A stretch of 64,000 nucleotides of DNA, taken from an uncultured Collinsella sp. Its GTDB lineage: Bacteria > Actinomycetota > Coriobacteriia > Coriobacteriales > Coriobacteriaceae. The notes beneath the pieces were generated by a model. The model did not search any database and was not told the DNA's origin. It saw only the letters and a list, made by a program, of their open reading frames with translations. A program made the translations under genes and the position numbers. The stretch is from the NCBI GenBank assembly GCA_900756765.1, contig CAAELE010000029.1:6221-70220 (forward strand), in the 5' to 3' direction. This document shows positions 50,407 through 59,811 of this stretch, piece after piece; the stretch's first letter is position 1; every line of letters begins with the position of its first letter.

Positions 50407-50589
50407 TTAGTTCCTAACATCGAGGTATTTCCGACAAACTGTAGCGCGAACAGGCGAGATTATCACTACACCCCACTAAAGCAGGGGGTATTTTTCTCAA
50501 AAAAGTGATGATTGACTTACTGTGGACAAACAAAAAGAAACCCGCCGGGATGCGACGGGTTTCTTCCACAGGGGATATGTGGCAATGAG

Positions 50590-52113
50590 TTAGGCGTTTG
50601 CCTTTGCGGACTCGGCTTCCTTAGCAGCCTTGAGGTCCTCCTCGGTAAACTTGCCGGTGGTGAGCGGCGAGAGGGTGCACTTATCCTGCTTCGCGTACTC
50701 GATGTTACGGGCGATCATCTGCTTGCGATACCAAGCAAAGAGCACGACGTAGATGACGATAGCAACGACCGTAGCGATAATCATGGTCACATCGCCCGTG
50801 GTAGCCTTGCCCACGAAGAAGGCCAGGAACTTCTCGACAGGTCCTTCCATGGTGGTCTGAGAGATCAGGCCGGTAACACCATCGGGGAAAGCGCCGACAG
50901 TCTTAGCGGTGAAGGTAACGAAATCGGCGACGAGGGTGCCAGCGCCCAGGAAGACGGGCAACAGGACAGCACCGATAACGACCATGCGGATCACGCGGCC
51001 GCGGGTGACAACGAGCAGTGCCGGCGTCAGGCCCATGGCGATGATGCCGCCGAGCGGCAGCAGGCCGTTCCAAGTGCCAGTCGGGGAGAGGGGGCAGGGA
51101 ACGTTGGCGAGCAGCAGTGCCTCACCCAGCATGATGGGGGCAAGGATGTTAGCGGCAGCCCAGATCTCGGCGCGGCCGGCGATGAAGGGCCAGTCGAGGC
51201 CGACGTTGAGGGTACGGCCCTGGAGCCACTTGCTGTTGTTGGCAAAGTCGGAGATGCCCTGAGACAGCGGCTCAACGGCTGCGATGAACCAAGAACCGAT
51301 CATCGAGAACAGCTCAAGGCAGGTTGCGGCGGTAAAGGCGAGCGTGCAGATCTGCTGCGGGGTCTGGTGCGAAAGCAGACCGACGAAGACGCCCAGGTAA
51401 ATACCAATAGCAAACTTGGAGCCCCAGAAGCCAATCATGTTGTTGAGCTTGGCAGCATCGAAGTCGTACTTATCGAGGAAGGGGAGCGCCTTGTCGATGA
51501 TCTTGTTGAGCAGCATGGCCAGCGGGTTCATCATGTAGTTCATGTGAGTCGTGGTCATGGGGTTCTCCTCGGGAGCACCCAAAAGATCGTTGAACGTGGG
51601 CTTCATAAGGTCGGAGTTCATGATCTTCATGACGCCGACGAAGACGACGAGCAGCGTGGCGACGACAATGTTGGCACCAAAGTAGATGCAGGCAAGGCCG
51701 ACAAAGGCGAGGTGCCAAACGTCAAAGATGTCGACGTCGATGGTGTTGGTCTTGGCGAGCACGATCATCGCGATGTTGACGATGACGAGAACCATCAGGA
51801 AGTACAGCGTGTAGGGAGAACCCCAGGTGATGGTGGCCAGCGGTGCCCAACCCACGTCGGTAACGGTGAGCTGAAGGCCGGTGGACTCAACGAACGTCGT
51901 CATGGCGCTCGAGAAGGCCGTCGTCAGAATGTTGATGATGGCACCGATGCCGGTAATGGCGATACCGAGCTTAAGGCCGCCCTCGAGGGCCTTGGTAAAC
52001 TTTACTTTGAAGAGTAGGGCGATAACCGTCAAAACGATGGTCATCATAGGGGCTGCGCCAAGGTCGATCAGCGGCTGAAAGACGGCATTAGCAAACCCGA
52101 TTACTGCGTCCAT
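50590..52113 (-). CDS. Galactitol-family PTS IIC
   Basis: DVGWAP, DVDIFDVWH, VGLDWP. Confidence 0.9.
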   Translation of the reverse strand: MDAVIGFANAVFQPLIDLGAAPMMTIVLTVIALLFKVKFTKALEGGLKLGIAITGIGAIINILTTAFSSAMTTFVESTGLQLTVTDVGWAPLATITWGSPYTLYFLMVLVIVNIAMIVLAKTNTIDVDIFDVWHLAFVGLACIYFGANIVVATLLVVFVGVMKIMNSDLMKPTFNDLLGAPEENPMTTTHMNYMMNPLAMLLNKIIDKALPFLDKYDFDAAKLNNMIGFWGSKFAIGIYLGVFVGLLSHQTPQQICTLAFTAATCLELFSMIGSWFIAAVEPLSQGISDFANNSKWLQGRTLNVGLDWPFIAGRAEIWAAANILAPIMLGEALLLANVPCPLSPTGTWNGLLPLGGIIAMGLTPALLVVTRGRVIRMVVIGAVLLPVFLGAGTLVADFVTFTAKTVGAFPDGVTGLISQTTMEGPVEKFLAFFVGKATTGDVTMIIATVVAIVIYVVLFAWYRKQMIARNIEYAKQDKCTLSPLTTGKFTEEDLKAAKEAESAKANA

Positions 52114-52234
52114 GTCTCCCTCTTTCCTAAAAGAGAATTTCCTTTTCCGTATGTTGCCTTAAAAAAGGAAGATGCCGTTCCCGGTCGTCATCTTCCTTAA
52201 AGCCAAAAATTGCGCAGAGCGAAGCTGCAAAAGA

Positions 52235-52540
52235 TTAGTTGAGACCCTTTTCCTTGATAATGGCCTCGATCTTGTCGTAAACCGGCTTAGCCATGGCAGG
52301 CATGCGGTAAAGGATCGGGCCAGCGTCGACGATCGGGGTCTTAACCTCAAAGCCAAAGTCGGTCTTGGCGATCTGTGCGAAGATGTCGTACTGAGAGAGC
52401 ATCTCCTCGTTGACGTCCTTGATCATCACGGCGTCGCAGTGCAGGTTGTAGCCGCGATTCTTGAACTCGGACTCGATGGCGTCCTTGATCTGATGGCTGG
52501 AGTTAACACCGGCGCCACAAGCTGCGAGAACCTTAATCAT
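52235..52540 (-). CDS. Galactitol-family PTS IIB
   Basis: ACGAGVNSS. Confidence 0.9.
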   Translation of the reverse strand: MIKVLAACGAGVNSSHQIKDAIESEFKNRGYNLHCDAVMIKDVNEEMLSQYDIFAQIAKTDFGFEVKTPIVDAGPILYRMPAMAKPVYDKIEAIIKEKGLN

Positions 52541-52593
52541 GATGAATTCCTTTCTCTATGCGGGTTATTCCGCGGATTCCTAAGGGTAATTGG

Positions 52594-53085
52594 CTAGTCG
52601 GCAGGAAAGTTGTCGACCAAGAACTGGTAGATGGCCTTGGCGTCGGTCATGGAGAACAGCTCCTTGACGCGATCGGTGCCAAGAGCGTTAACGAAGTCCA
52701 TGATCTTGGCGAGGATGCCCACCTGGGCCTCCTTGTCGTCGTTGAGAATCATGAACAGGAACGAGACGGGGAAGGTCTGCGAGGGGTCGATCATGGAGTG
52801 CCACTCAACGGGGGTCGTCAGCTTGACGGGGACGATGCGACGGGTGTGAACGAACTCGACCTCGGTGTGGGGAACGGCAAAGCTGGGCAACTCGGGGTCG
52901 ACGACAGACATATCCATGCCGGTGGGGTAGCCCTTTTCGCGCTCGATGATGTTCTCGAGAAACGCGGGCGCAACATAGTTTTTGAGTGACAGCTTATTGG
53001 CGATCTCGGTAAAGACCTCTTCTTGCGTGGTGCGGTCGCAAACAAACACGGTGTCTTCGAAGAACAGATTGCTCTCTGCGGACAT
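52594..53085 (-). CDS. Galactitol-family PTS IIA
   Basis: REKGYPTG, AVPHTE. Confidence 0.9.
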   Translation of the reverse strand: MSAESNLFFEDTVFVCDRTTQEEVFTEIANKLSLKNYVAPAFLENIIEREKGYPTGMDMSVVDPELPSFAVPHTEVEFVHTRRIVPVKLTTPVEWHSMIDPSQTFPVSFLFMILNDDKEAQVGILAKIMDFVNALGTDRVKELFSMTDAKAIYQFLVDNFPAD

Positions 53086-53421
53086 GTCTGCAACTCCTTC
53101 CGTTCCATGCAGATCGAACGTGTTCGAATCTGTTTGTTTAAGTTGCTTATTATTTAAGTCTAAGAGAATTAGTGTGTCAATCTGTTTTCTACTGTTCGGA
53201 AAAGTTCAATTTGTTTTATTGAGGTGCATCGGATTGAGATGATCTTAAAATTGCAGCTTTTTGCCTATGTATAGCTGAAGTTGATGTGTCGGATACATTC
53301 GATATTCAACGTTTGGCGTTTACTATCCTACCGTTCACCGGGAAAAATCGACCGTTTAGGGTGAGTGAGCATAAATGTTCGATTACTATAAATGCGAACA
53401 AAACCACTCAAAGGAGTAAAA

Positions 53422-54186
53422 ATGATCAAGGCGGAGCGTCAGGATAAGGTTCGTCAGCTGCTCGAGGAACAGGGGACGGTCTCGGTAAAAGAGATTTCTG
53501 ATGCGTTAGGTGTCTCGGACATGACGATCCGCCGCGACCTTGAGGAACTTGCGAGCCTAGGCGAGATCGAGCGCGTGCACGGCGGAGCCCGCAGTGCACA
53601 GGGCCGTCCCCACGCTATGCTGCGCCATGAGTATTCGCACAGCGAAAAGCGCACTAAGCATGCCGAGGAAAAGCTGCAGATCGCGCGCCGCGCTGTGGAG
53701 CTTATCGAGGAAGGCTCGACCATCTTCTTGGGTACGGGCACCACGGTTGAGCAGATGGCCTCGATGCTGCCGGCGTTTCGCCTGCGCATTGTGACCAATT
53801 CGCTTTCGGTGTTTAACTTGCTCGAGGCGCGCGAAGACTGCGACCTGTGCCTCGTGGGCGGCATGTATCGCCGCCGCACCGCCGCCTTTGTGGGGCCAAT
53901 GGCCGAGGATACCCTGCGCGCGCTGGGAATCGACGCAGCCTATATCGGCGCCAACGGCATTTTGAACGGCGACGTGTCCACGTCTAACATGGAAGAGGGC
54001 CGCATCCAGCAGCTCGCCTTTAGCAAGGCCGACTCGCGCTATCTGATCGCCGACTCCAGCAAGATCGGCAAGCGCGACTTCTACACCTTCTGCCGCCTGG
54101 ACAATTTGGACGCCGTGGTGTGCGAGCCGGGTATTACCGCCGAGGATCGCGCCGCCATCGAGGAACACACGCAGGTCATCTGCTAG
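53422..54186 (+). CDS. DeoR/LacR-family regulator
   Basis: VSDMTIRRDL, RVHGGA, GTGTT, TNS, ADSSK. Confidence 0.92.
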   Translation: MIKAERQDKVRQLLEEQGTVSVKEISDALGVSDMTIRRDLEELASLGEIERVHGGARSAQGRPHAMLRHEYSHSEKRTKHAEEKLQIARRAVELIEEGSTIFLGTGTTVEQMASMLPAFRLRIVTNSLSVFNLLEAREDCDLCLVGGMYRRRTAAFVGPMAEDTLRALGIDAAYIGANGILNGDVSTSNMEEGRIQQLAFSKADSRYLIADSSKIGKRDFYTFCRLDNLDAVVCEPGITAEDRAAIEEHTQVIC

Positions 54187-54306
54187 CTAACGCTGCAGGC
54201 GATACGTCTGCCCTCTGCCGGCGCGGGGATTATCGTTTTACAATGACGCGGAAAATGACTCGCAAATAGTTTTGGGCAACAAGGGTGAGGCCATTCTGAG
54301 GTATGG

Positions 54307-55539
54307 CTAGACTTCGTATTTCGCTTTGATATTCCTTGAGAATGAACCGTAGTCTTCGTAGAGTTCGTCTTTGCTTTCATCTTCCGCGCGGTTTATGCGT
54401 TCAAGGAGTTTGTCCTTTGGGGACTTTTTTGTAATTTCTGACCTGCCGTCGGGTATTGCGGATTGCAAGAATAATTCCAGGGCGTGGACGTCTTTGAGTA
54501 TGTAGCCCGTCGAACGACCCGCTCCTGTTTTCTCGATTGCGCTGCAACCAACAAGCTGACTGAGGGTTCGTTTAACGGTTATCTCGCTGATATCGGGGCA
54601 GTTGGACTGGATGTCGGATTTCTTGATGACGCCGGGTCTCTGCTGAAATAGAGCAGCTATACGTGCTTGCTTCGACATGGGGTGAGTGCCAGATTCAATC
54701 TGGGTGTGCTGCTCGAGCTGTCGGTAGGCCGCCAGGATGGTTCCGAGCATAAAACGGATAAAGGGCACTTCGGTGTTTTGATTTTCATTCCATCCAGTGG
54801 AGCTTGCGGCGAGGGCGTTGTAGTAAAGCGCTTTATTGTCTTCAATGAGACGTTCGATGCTGATGTAACGCGCAACGTCGTATCCAGTCTTTTCGAGTAG
54901 CAGCGTTGTAAGGAGCCGGCTCATCCTGCCATTGCCATCGTTGAAGGGATGAATGCTGACAAAATCGAAGATGAAGCGCAATGATATAAGGAGGGGGTCG
55001 CAAACTTGACGAGATAAGGCATCATTGAGGGACCGACAGGCTTCTTCGATAAGTCCGGGGGTTGCCAGGGCCGAAGGCGGCCTAAAGCGCACAAATCGAT
55101 TGCCTTGATCGTCGATGGAGATGATTTCGTTATCGCTATCTTTCCAATGGCCCCCATACGAGATTGCTGTGTGTGCCATGAGGTCACGATGCAACTGCAA
55201 AATGACCGATGGCGTTACGGGAATGAAATCGTGCTGCTCGTGAATAAGCGACAGCGCATCTCGGTATCCAGCGATTTCTTCCTCTGCACGGGAGCTTGGC
55301 TTGGCGGAATACGCCATGATTGCTTTGAGTCTTTTTTGGGTGGTAACAATTCCTTCAAGTCCGTTGGAGGATTGGGTGCTTTGGATCTTAGCTTCCTCCA
55401 TAAGGGACGATAGAAGCTCGGGTCTGACTTGACCCAGAACAAGCTGACGGCCTTTATGCTCGCGTATCGAGAGGAGAAGGTTGGTGATTGGAGTTGCCTC
55501 GAGTTCCGCTGGGACTGTGGCGTAATCAAACTGGCGCAT
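54307..55539 (-). CDS. Fic-domain protein (class II) with C-terminal HTH-like region
   Basis: HPFNDGNGRMSR active site, SNGLEG inhibitory motif, GAGRSTGY wing; lower GC than neighbours. Confidence 0.92.
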   Translation of the reverse strand: MRQFDYATVPAELEATPITNLLLSIREHKGRQLVLGQVRPELLSSLMEEAKIQSTQSSNGLEGIVTTQKRLKAIMAYSAKPSSRAEEEIAGYRDALSLIHEQHDFIPVTPSVILQLHRDLMAHTAISYGGHWKDSDNEIISIDDQGNRFVRFRPPSALATPGLIEEACRSLNDALSRQVCDPLLISLRFIFDFVSIHPFNDGNGRMSRLLTTLLLEKTGYDVARYISIERLIEDNKALYYNALAASSTGWNENQNTEVPFIRFMLGTILAAYRQLEQHTQIESGTHPMSKQARIAALFQQRPGVIKKSDIQSNCPDISEITVKRTLSQLVGCSAIEKTGAGRSTGYILKDVHALELFLQSAIPDGRSEITKKSPKDKLLERINRAEDESKDELYEDYGSFSRNIKAKYEV

Positions 55540-55548
55540 GCTGCTCCG

Positions 55549-55621
55549 TTCAGTATCACGAACATATTTTCGGTATCATAATAACATTAAATGATACCGA
55601 AAATATGTTCGTGATACTGAA
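55549..55621. promoter_or_regulatory. Perfect 31-bp inverted repeat immediately upstream of fic
   Basis: ttcagtatcacgaacatattttcggtatcat - 11 nt - atgataccgaaaatatgttcgtgatactgaa. Confidence 0.75.
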
Positions 55622-55676
55622 AGCAAGGAAAGAGCCGTGCTTCATAGCTGCTTGGAAAGTGCGGATTTGACTATCT

Positions 55677-56064
55677 AATTGTCTCAATCAGTAACGGTTG
55701 GGACCGAAAAACTCGGCCAAACGTTACAGATTGAGATTGTTTGGATTGGTTCGAACGTTTGTCTCGATCTGTAACAGGTAGGGCCGGAATACTCGGTTAC
55801 GTGTTACAGATCGAGATCTGCAAGTTCGGGCCGCTCGTTTGTCTTGATCTGTAACAGGTAGGGCCGAAAATCCCTGCTAGATGTTACAGATTGAGATCTT
55901 TCGGCTCGGCTTATTCCGTTTGTCTCGATCTGTAACAGGTGGAGGCGAAATAGCCCGCTAGATGTTACAGATTTAGATTGAGGGAACTGGCCCGCGCGTT
56001 CATCTTGATCTGTAACAGCTAGGACTGAAAAGCTCAGCTAGATGTTACAGATCGAGACAAACGG
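55677..56064. repeat. Tandem array of five ~80-bp hairpin units with variable linkers
   Basis: gtctcgatctgtaac-like arms at 55681, 55761, 55841, 55922, 56002, each followed 27 nt later by gttacagatcgagat-like arms. Confidence 0.92.
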
Positions 56065-56174
56065 CTTCCGACCTGCACAAAAAGGCCGGGGGCGGCGCGC
56101 CTTGTGACGTGCCGCCCCGGCTGAGAAATGGGGACAAGTTATGTGAGCGGGGCAATGCCGCTCGTCGCCAGCCA

Positions 56175-57614
56175 CTAGTCCAGACGACGGGTCTGCGCCA
56201 CGTGCTTGTACCAGTAGGCGCTTGCCTTGGGCGTGCGCTTCTGGGTTTCAAAGTCTACGTAGAAGAAGCCGTAGCGCTTGTTGTAGCCGTTGGTCCAGGA
56301 GAACTGGTCCTGCAGACTCCACAGGAAGTAGCCGCCCACGTTGACGCCCACCTCCATGGCCTTAAGCAGCCAGCGCAGGTGCTGCTCGATGTAGTCGATG
56401 CGCGGCTGGTCGTCCACAAAACCGTCCTTGTAGGGATCCTTGTAGCCCATGCCGTTCTCGGTGATGAAGATCTGCTTGTAGTTGGGGTAGCGCTGCTTAA
56501 TGTAGACGAGTAGATCGAACAGGCCCTCGGGATAGATAATCCAGTCCCAGTCGGTGGTGGGGATGCCGGGCTTGTTCACATGCTCGCCAATGCCCTTGAC
56601 GCGCCAGCGACCGGTGCCCTTCTCGCCCGTACCGTTGTGGTGCAGGTCGTTCTCGCCATCGTAAGCCTTGAGGAAGCGGCACTGGTAGTTGTTGACGCCC
56701 AAGTAGTCGTTGTAGAGCGCGGCCTCGCGCATAATCTCGAGGTCTTCGTCCAGGATCTCGATGGTGCCGCCCGAGACGGCAGCCAGGCGGTTGGCGCACT
56801 CGAGAGTGTCGGGGGCATAGTCGCCGCGGAAGGTGGCGTCGAGCAGGAACTGGTTTTGCAGCACGTGCTCGTTGTTGGCGGCCTTGATGTCGGCGGGGTC
56901 GTTCTCGTTGAGCGGGTACTTAAACTCCAGCGACTGAATGACGCCGATCTTGCCCTTAAAACCACCGTTGTGGAAGGCCAGCACTGCCTTGGCGTGGGCG
57001 AGCATCATGTTGTGCTCGCACTGGAAAGCCTCGGCCAGATGCGCCTTGACGCCGCCGGGGAAGGTGCCCTCGATGTAGGTGTTGGAGGCGTCGGCCCAGA
57101 TCTCGTTAAAGGTGAACCAATAGGTCACCTGGTCGGCGTACTCCTGAAAGCAGAAAGTGGCAAAGTCCACAAAGGCGTCGATGGTCTCGCGGTTGAGGAA
57201 GTCCCCCTTCTCAAAGAGGGGAAGCGGCGTGTCAAAGTGATGCAGCGTGACAAACGGCTCAACGTGGTGCTTGTGGCACTCGGCAAAGAGATCGTGGTAG
57301 AACTGGACACCCTCGGGGTTTATCTCTCCGGTGCCGTTGGGGAAGATGCGGCTCCAGGCAATGGAGAGGCGAATGCCGTTGATGCCGAACTCCTCGCACA
57401 GCTCCAGATCGACGGGGTACTGGTTGTAGAAGTCGGAAGCGGGGTCGGGGGAGAAACGGCCCTGGGCCTCCAGGAAGTCGTCCCAGGCGACCTTGCCCTT
57501 TCCGTGGGTGCGGGTCTCGCCCTCTACCTGGTAGGCAGCAGTGGCGCCGCCAAAGACAAAGTCCTCGGGAAACTGCGCGGGCGGGTTGGTGACGCTAGCA
57601 GGGTTAACGGACAT
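56175..57614 (-). CDS. lacG: 6-phospho-beta-galactosidase
   Basis: GGATAAYQ, TFNE, ITENG, FSWTNGY; downstream of lacE. Confidence 0.9.
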   Translation of the reverse strand: MSVNPASVTNPPAQFPEDFVFGGATAAYQVEGETRTHGKGKVAWDDFLEAQGRFSPDPASDFYNQYPVDLELCEEFGINGIRLSIAWSRIFPNGTGEINPEGVQFYHDLFAECHKHHVEPFVTLHHFDTPLPLFEKGDFLNRETIDAFVDFATFCFQEYADQVTYWFTFNEIWADASNTYIEGTFPGGVKAHLAEAFQCEHNMMLAHAKAVLAFHNGGFKGKIGVIQSLEFKYPLNENDPADIKAANNEHVLQNQFLLDATFRGDYAPDTLECANRLAAVSGGTIEILDEDLEIMREAALYNDYLGVNNYQCRFLKAYDGENDLHHNGTGEKGTGRWRVKGIGEHVNKPGIPTTDWDWIIYPEGLFDLLVYIKQRYPNYKQIFITENGMGYKDPYKDGFVDDQPRIDYIEQHLRWLLKAMEVGVNVGGYFLWSLQDQFSWTNGYNKRYGFFYVDFETQKRTPKASAYWYKHVAQTRRLD

Positions 57615-57684
57615 GATGAAATATCCAATCGTCTAAATCGAAGGGCCAGCCGGCCTTGGATGGTCGGCTGGCCCTAAGCGTTAC

Positions 57685-59454
57685 TTACTTCGACAGCTGC
57701 TCGCTTACGAAGGCGAGAGACTTGTCGCCGTTCTGGGAGAGCTCGATGTACTGCTTACCACGGCAGGCGACGCACTTGTTGCCCACACGCTCGCAGTCCT
57801 TCTGCAGGTCGGCCAGGTAGCTGGCAGCCTGCGGGGCCAGGACGACCAGGTCAAAGTCGGGAAGCATGTCCACGTGGTTGCCATAGGCATCGGCAGCGGT
57901 CTCAAGATCGATGCCGCGCTCCTTGGCGGCCTTGGCCAGCGCGTTGGCGAGCAGGCCCGAGGTGCCGCCGCCCTGGCAGAGCACGAGCACGCGCTTGCCG
58001 TTGAGGTCGCTGGCGGTCGTTGCCTCGGTGGCGGCAGCAGCGGGGGCGGCGTCGGTCTTTACGACCTCGGCAGCGGCGCCGGCGGCAACGCTCTTGGCGT
58101 CGGCCTTACCCTGGAAGGCGTCGTTGAGCTTGGCGGCCTTCTCGGCGTTCTTGGCGGCGAGCTCCTCCTGGGAGATCTCGGCCTCCTCGGCGCACTTCTG
58201 GGCGTCATAGGCACGGAAGAACGGGTAGTACAGGGCAAAGTCGACGACTAGGATGATGGCGAGCATCACAAAGGCGAGCGGCTGGAAGCCCAGGCCCATG
58301 ATGGTGCCGATGGGGCCGGGGACGGTCCAGGGCAGGGTGTACATAAAGCCGTTCATGCCCAAGAAGTCGATAAAGATCTTGAGGATCCAGATGTTGGCGA
58401 TCGGGGCAAAGACAAACGGGACAAAGAAGACGGGGTTGAGCACGATGGGCGCGGCGAACAGCAGCGGCTCGTTGACGGCAAAGCACACGGGGACGATGGC
58501 GGCCTTACCGACGGCGCGCATCTCCTGGGACTTGGCCAGGAAGCAGAACATAAAGACCAGGACGAGCGTGGCGCCGGTGCCGCCCATGCAGACGACGAAG
58601 TACTGGGCGCCCTGCGTCAGAACAGCGGAGGCGTGCTCGCCGGCCTGGAATGCAGCCAGGTTGTCGGTCATGTTGGCAACGAGAGCGGCGGCGATGGCGG
58701 GCTCGACGATCGAGGGGCCGTGGACGCCCACGAACCAGAAGAGGCTCATGGCACCGTAGATCACAGCGAGACCGATGTAGCCGTCGGCAGCGGTGAACAG
58801 GGGCTGGAACACCTGGATGACGCCCTGGGCAAAGCAGAAGCCAAAGGCAGCGCGGAAGACGATGTCAAAGACCCAAAAGACGGTGATGCAGACGGAGAAG
58901 GGGATGATGTCCTTAAAGGTCTGCGAGATGTTGGGCGGAACCTGCTCGGGCATCTTGACGGTGATGTTGCGCTTGATAAAGAACTTGTAGATGATGCCGG
59001 TCACAAACGCAGCGATGAAGGCGGTCAGCAGGCCTTTGGAACCAAGGTAGGTGGTGTTGAAGCCGCTGGCGGCGTCCGTGGCGATCGTGTCGCTCGAAAG
59101 GAGCAAGAAGCCGATGATGGCCGCGCACATGCACGAGATAAAGTTGATCTGGTTGTTCTTGGGCAGATCGCGGTTCTGAGCGTCGGCGAAGTGCTTGGCT
59201 GTGGTGGCAGCGCAGGCGATGGCCAGGATACCCATGGAGTAGTTGTAGCACTTCCACAGGGCGTTGTTGATGTCATCGGGCCAGTAGAAACCCCAGATGT
59301 TGGGGACCGAGGCTACCAGGCAGAAGATGGACGAGAAGATGATGATGGGGATGACGGAGATAAAGCCGTCGCGAATCGCCTTGAGGTACTTGTTGCGGGC
59401 GATCGCGTTGAAAAAGGGCTGGCCTTTTTCGATGGTGGCGATGAGTTGCTCCAT
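57685..59454 (-). CDS. lacE: Lactose PTS IICB
   Basis: YLKAIRDGF, GVHGPSIVEP, NEPLLF, CQGGGTSGLLA. Confidence 0.92.
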   Translation of the reverse strand: MEQLIATIEKGQPFFNAIARNKYLKAIRDGFISVIPIIIFSSIFCLVASVPNIWGFYWPDDINNALWKCYNYSMGILAIACAATTAKHFADAQNRDLPKNNQINFISCMCAAIIGFLLLSSDTIATDAASGFNTTYLGSKGLLTAFIAAFVTGIIYKFFIKRNITVKMPEQVPPNISQTFKDIIPFSVCITVFWVFDIVFRAAFGFCFAQGVIQVFQPLFTAADGYIGLAVIYGAMSLFWFVGVHGPSIVEPAIAAALVANMTDNLAAFQAGEHASAVLTQGAQYFVVCMGGTGATLVLVFMFCFLAKSQEMRAVGKAAIVPVCFAVNEPLLFAAPIVLNPVFFVPFVFAPIANIWILKIFIDFLGMNGFMYTLPWTVPGPIGTIMGLGFQPLAFVMLAIILVVDFALYYPFFRAYDAQKCAEEAEISQEELAAKNAEKAAKLNDAFQGKADAKSVAAGAAAEVVKTDAAPAAAATEATTASDLNGKRVLVLCQGGGTSGLLANALAKAAKERGIDLETAADAYGNHVDMLPDFDLVVLAPQAASYLADLQKDCERVGNKCVACRGKQYIELSQNGDKSLAFVSEQLSK

Positions 59455-59514
59455 GTAAAGCTCCTAAGAGTCGGTGGGTTAGCAACGATGGTAGCTTTTG
59501 ACGTCTGGTTGCCA

Positions 59515-59654
59515 AAATGTTGACGTTGCCATTTTGCGACACAAAAAAAGATGTGAATCGGTGGCCCCTGTGCCTGTAGACCGTCGATTCCTTGCGTGTA
59601 AACGATTGAGCCGCCCGGTGGCTCTATGTTTGCACAATGGCAACGTTAACATTT
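59515..59654. promoter_or_regulatory. Pair of candidate LacI-family operators
   Basis: aaatgttgacgttgccatt (59515-59533) and aatggcaacgttaacattt (59636-59654) are inverted copies with one mismatch. Confidence 0.65.
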
Positions 59655-59811
59655 GGGCGACGAAAGCCGTTCGGCGAAGCAGAATTGTCGGTGAACGGTA
59701 GGTTTTGGGTGGTAAGCGTATTGAGGGGGAGGCGTTGGATATACTTGAAGACGTTTAAAATGACTGCGCAAGATGCCATCAATGGCATCGTTGACACAGA
59801 AAGATCGACCT

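Noticed and set aside
55677..56064. CRISPR array call for the 80-bp repeats
   Set aside because: Units have two complementary arms with semi-conserved interiors and short linkers, and no cas genes are present in the window.
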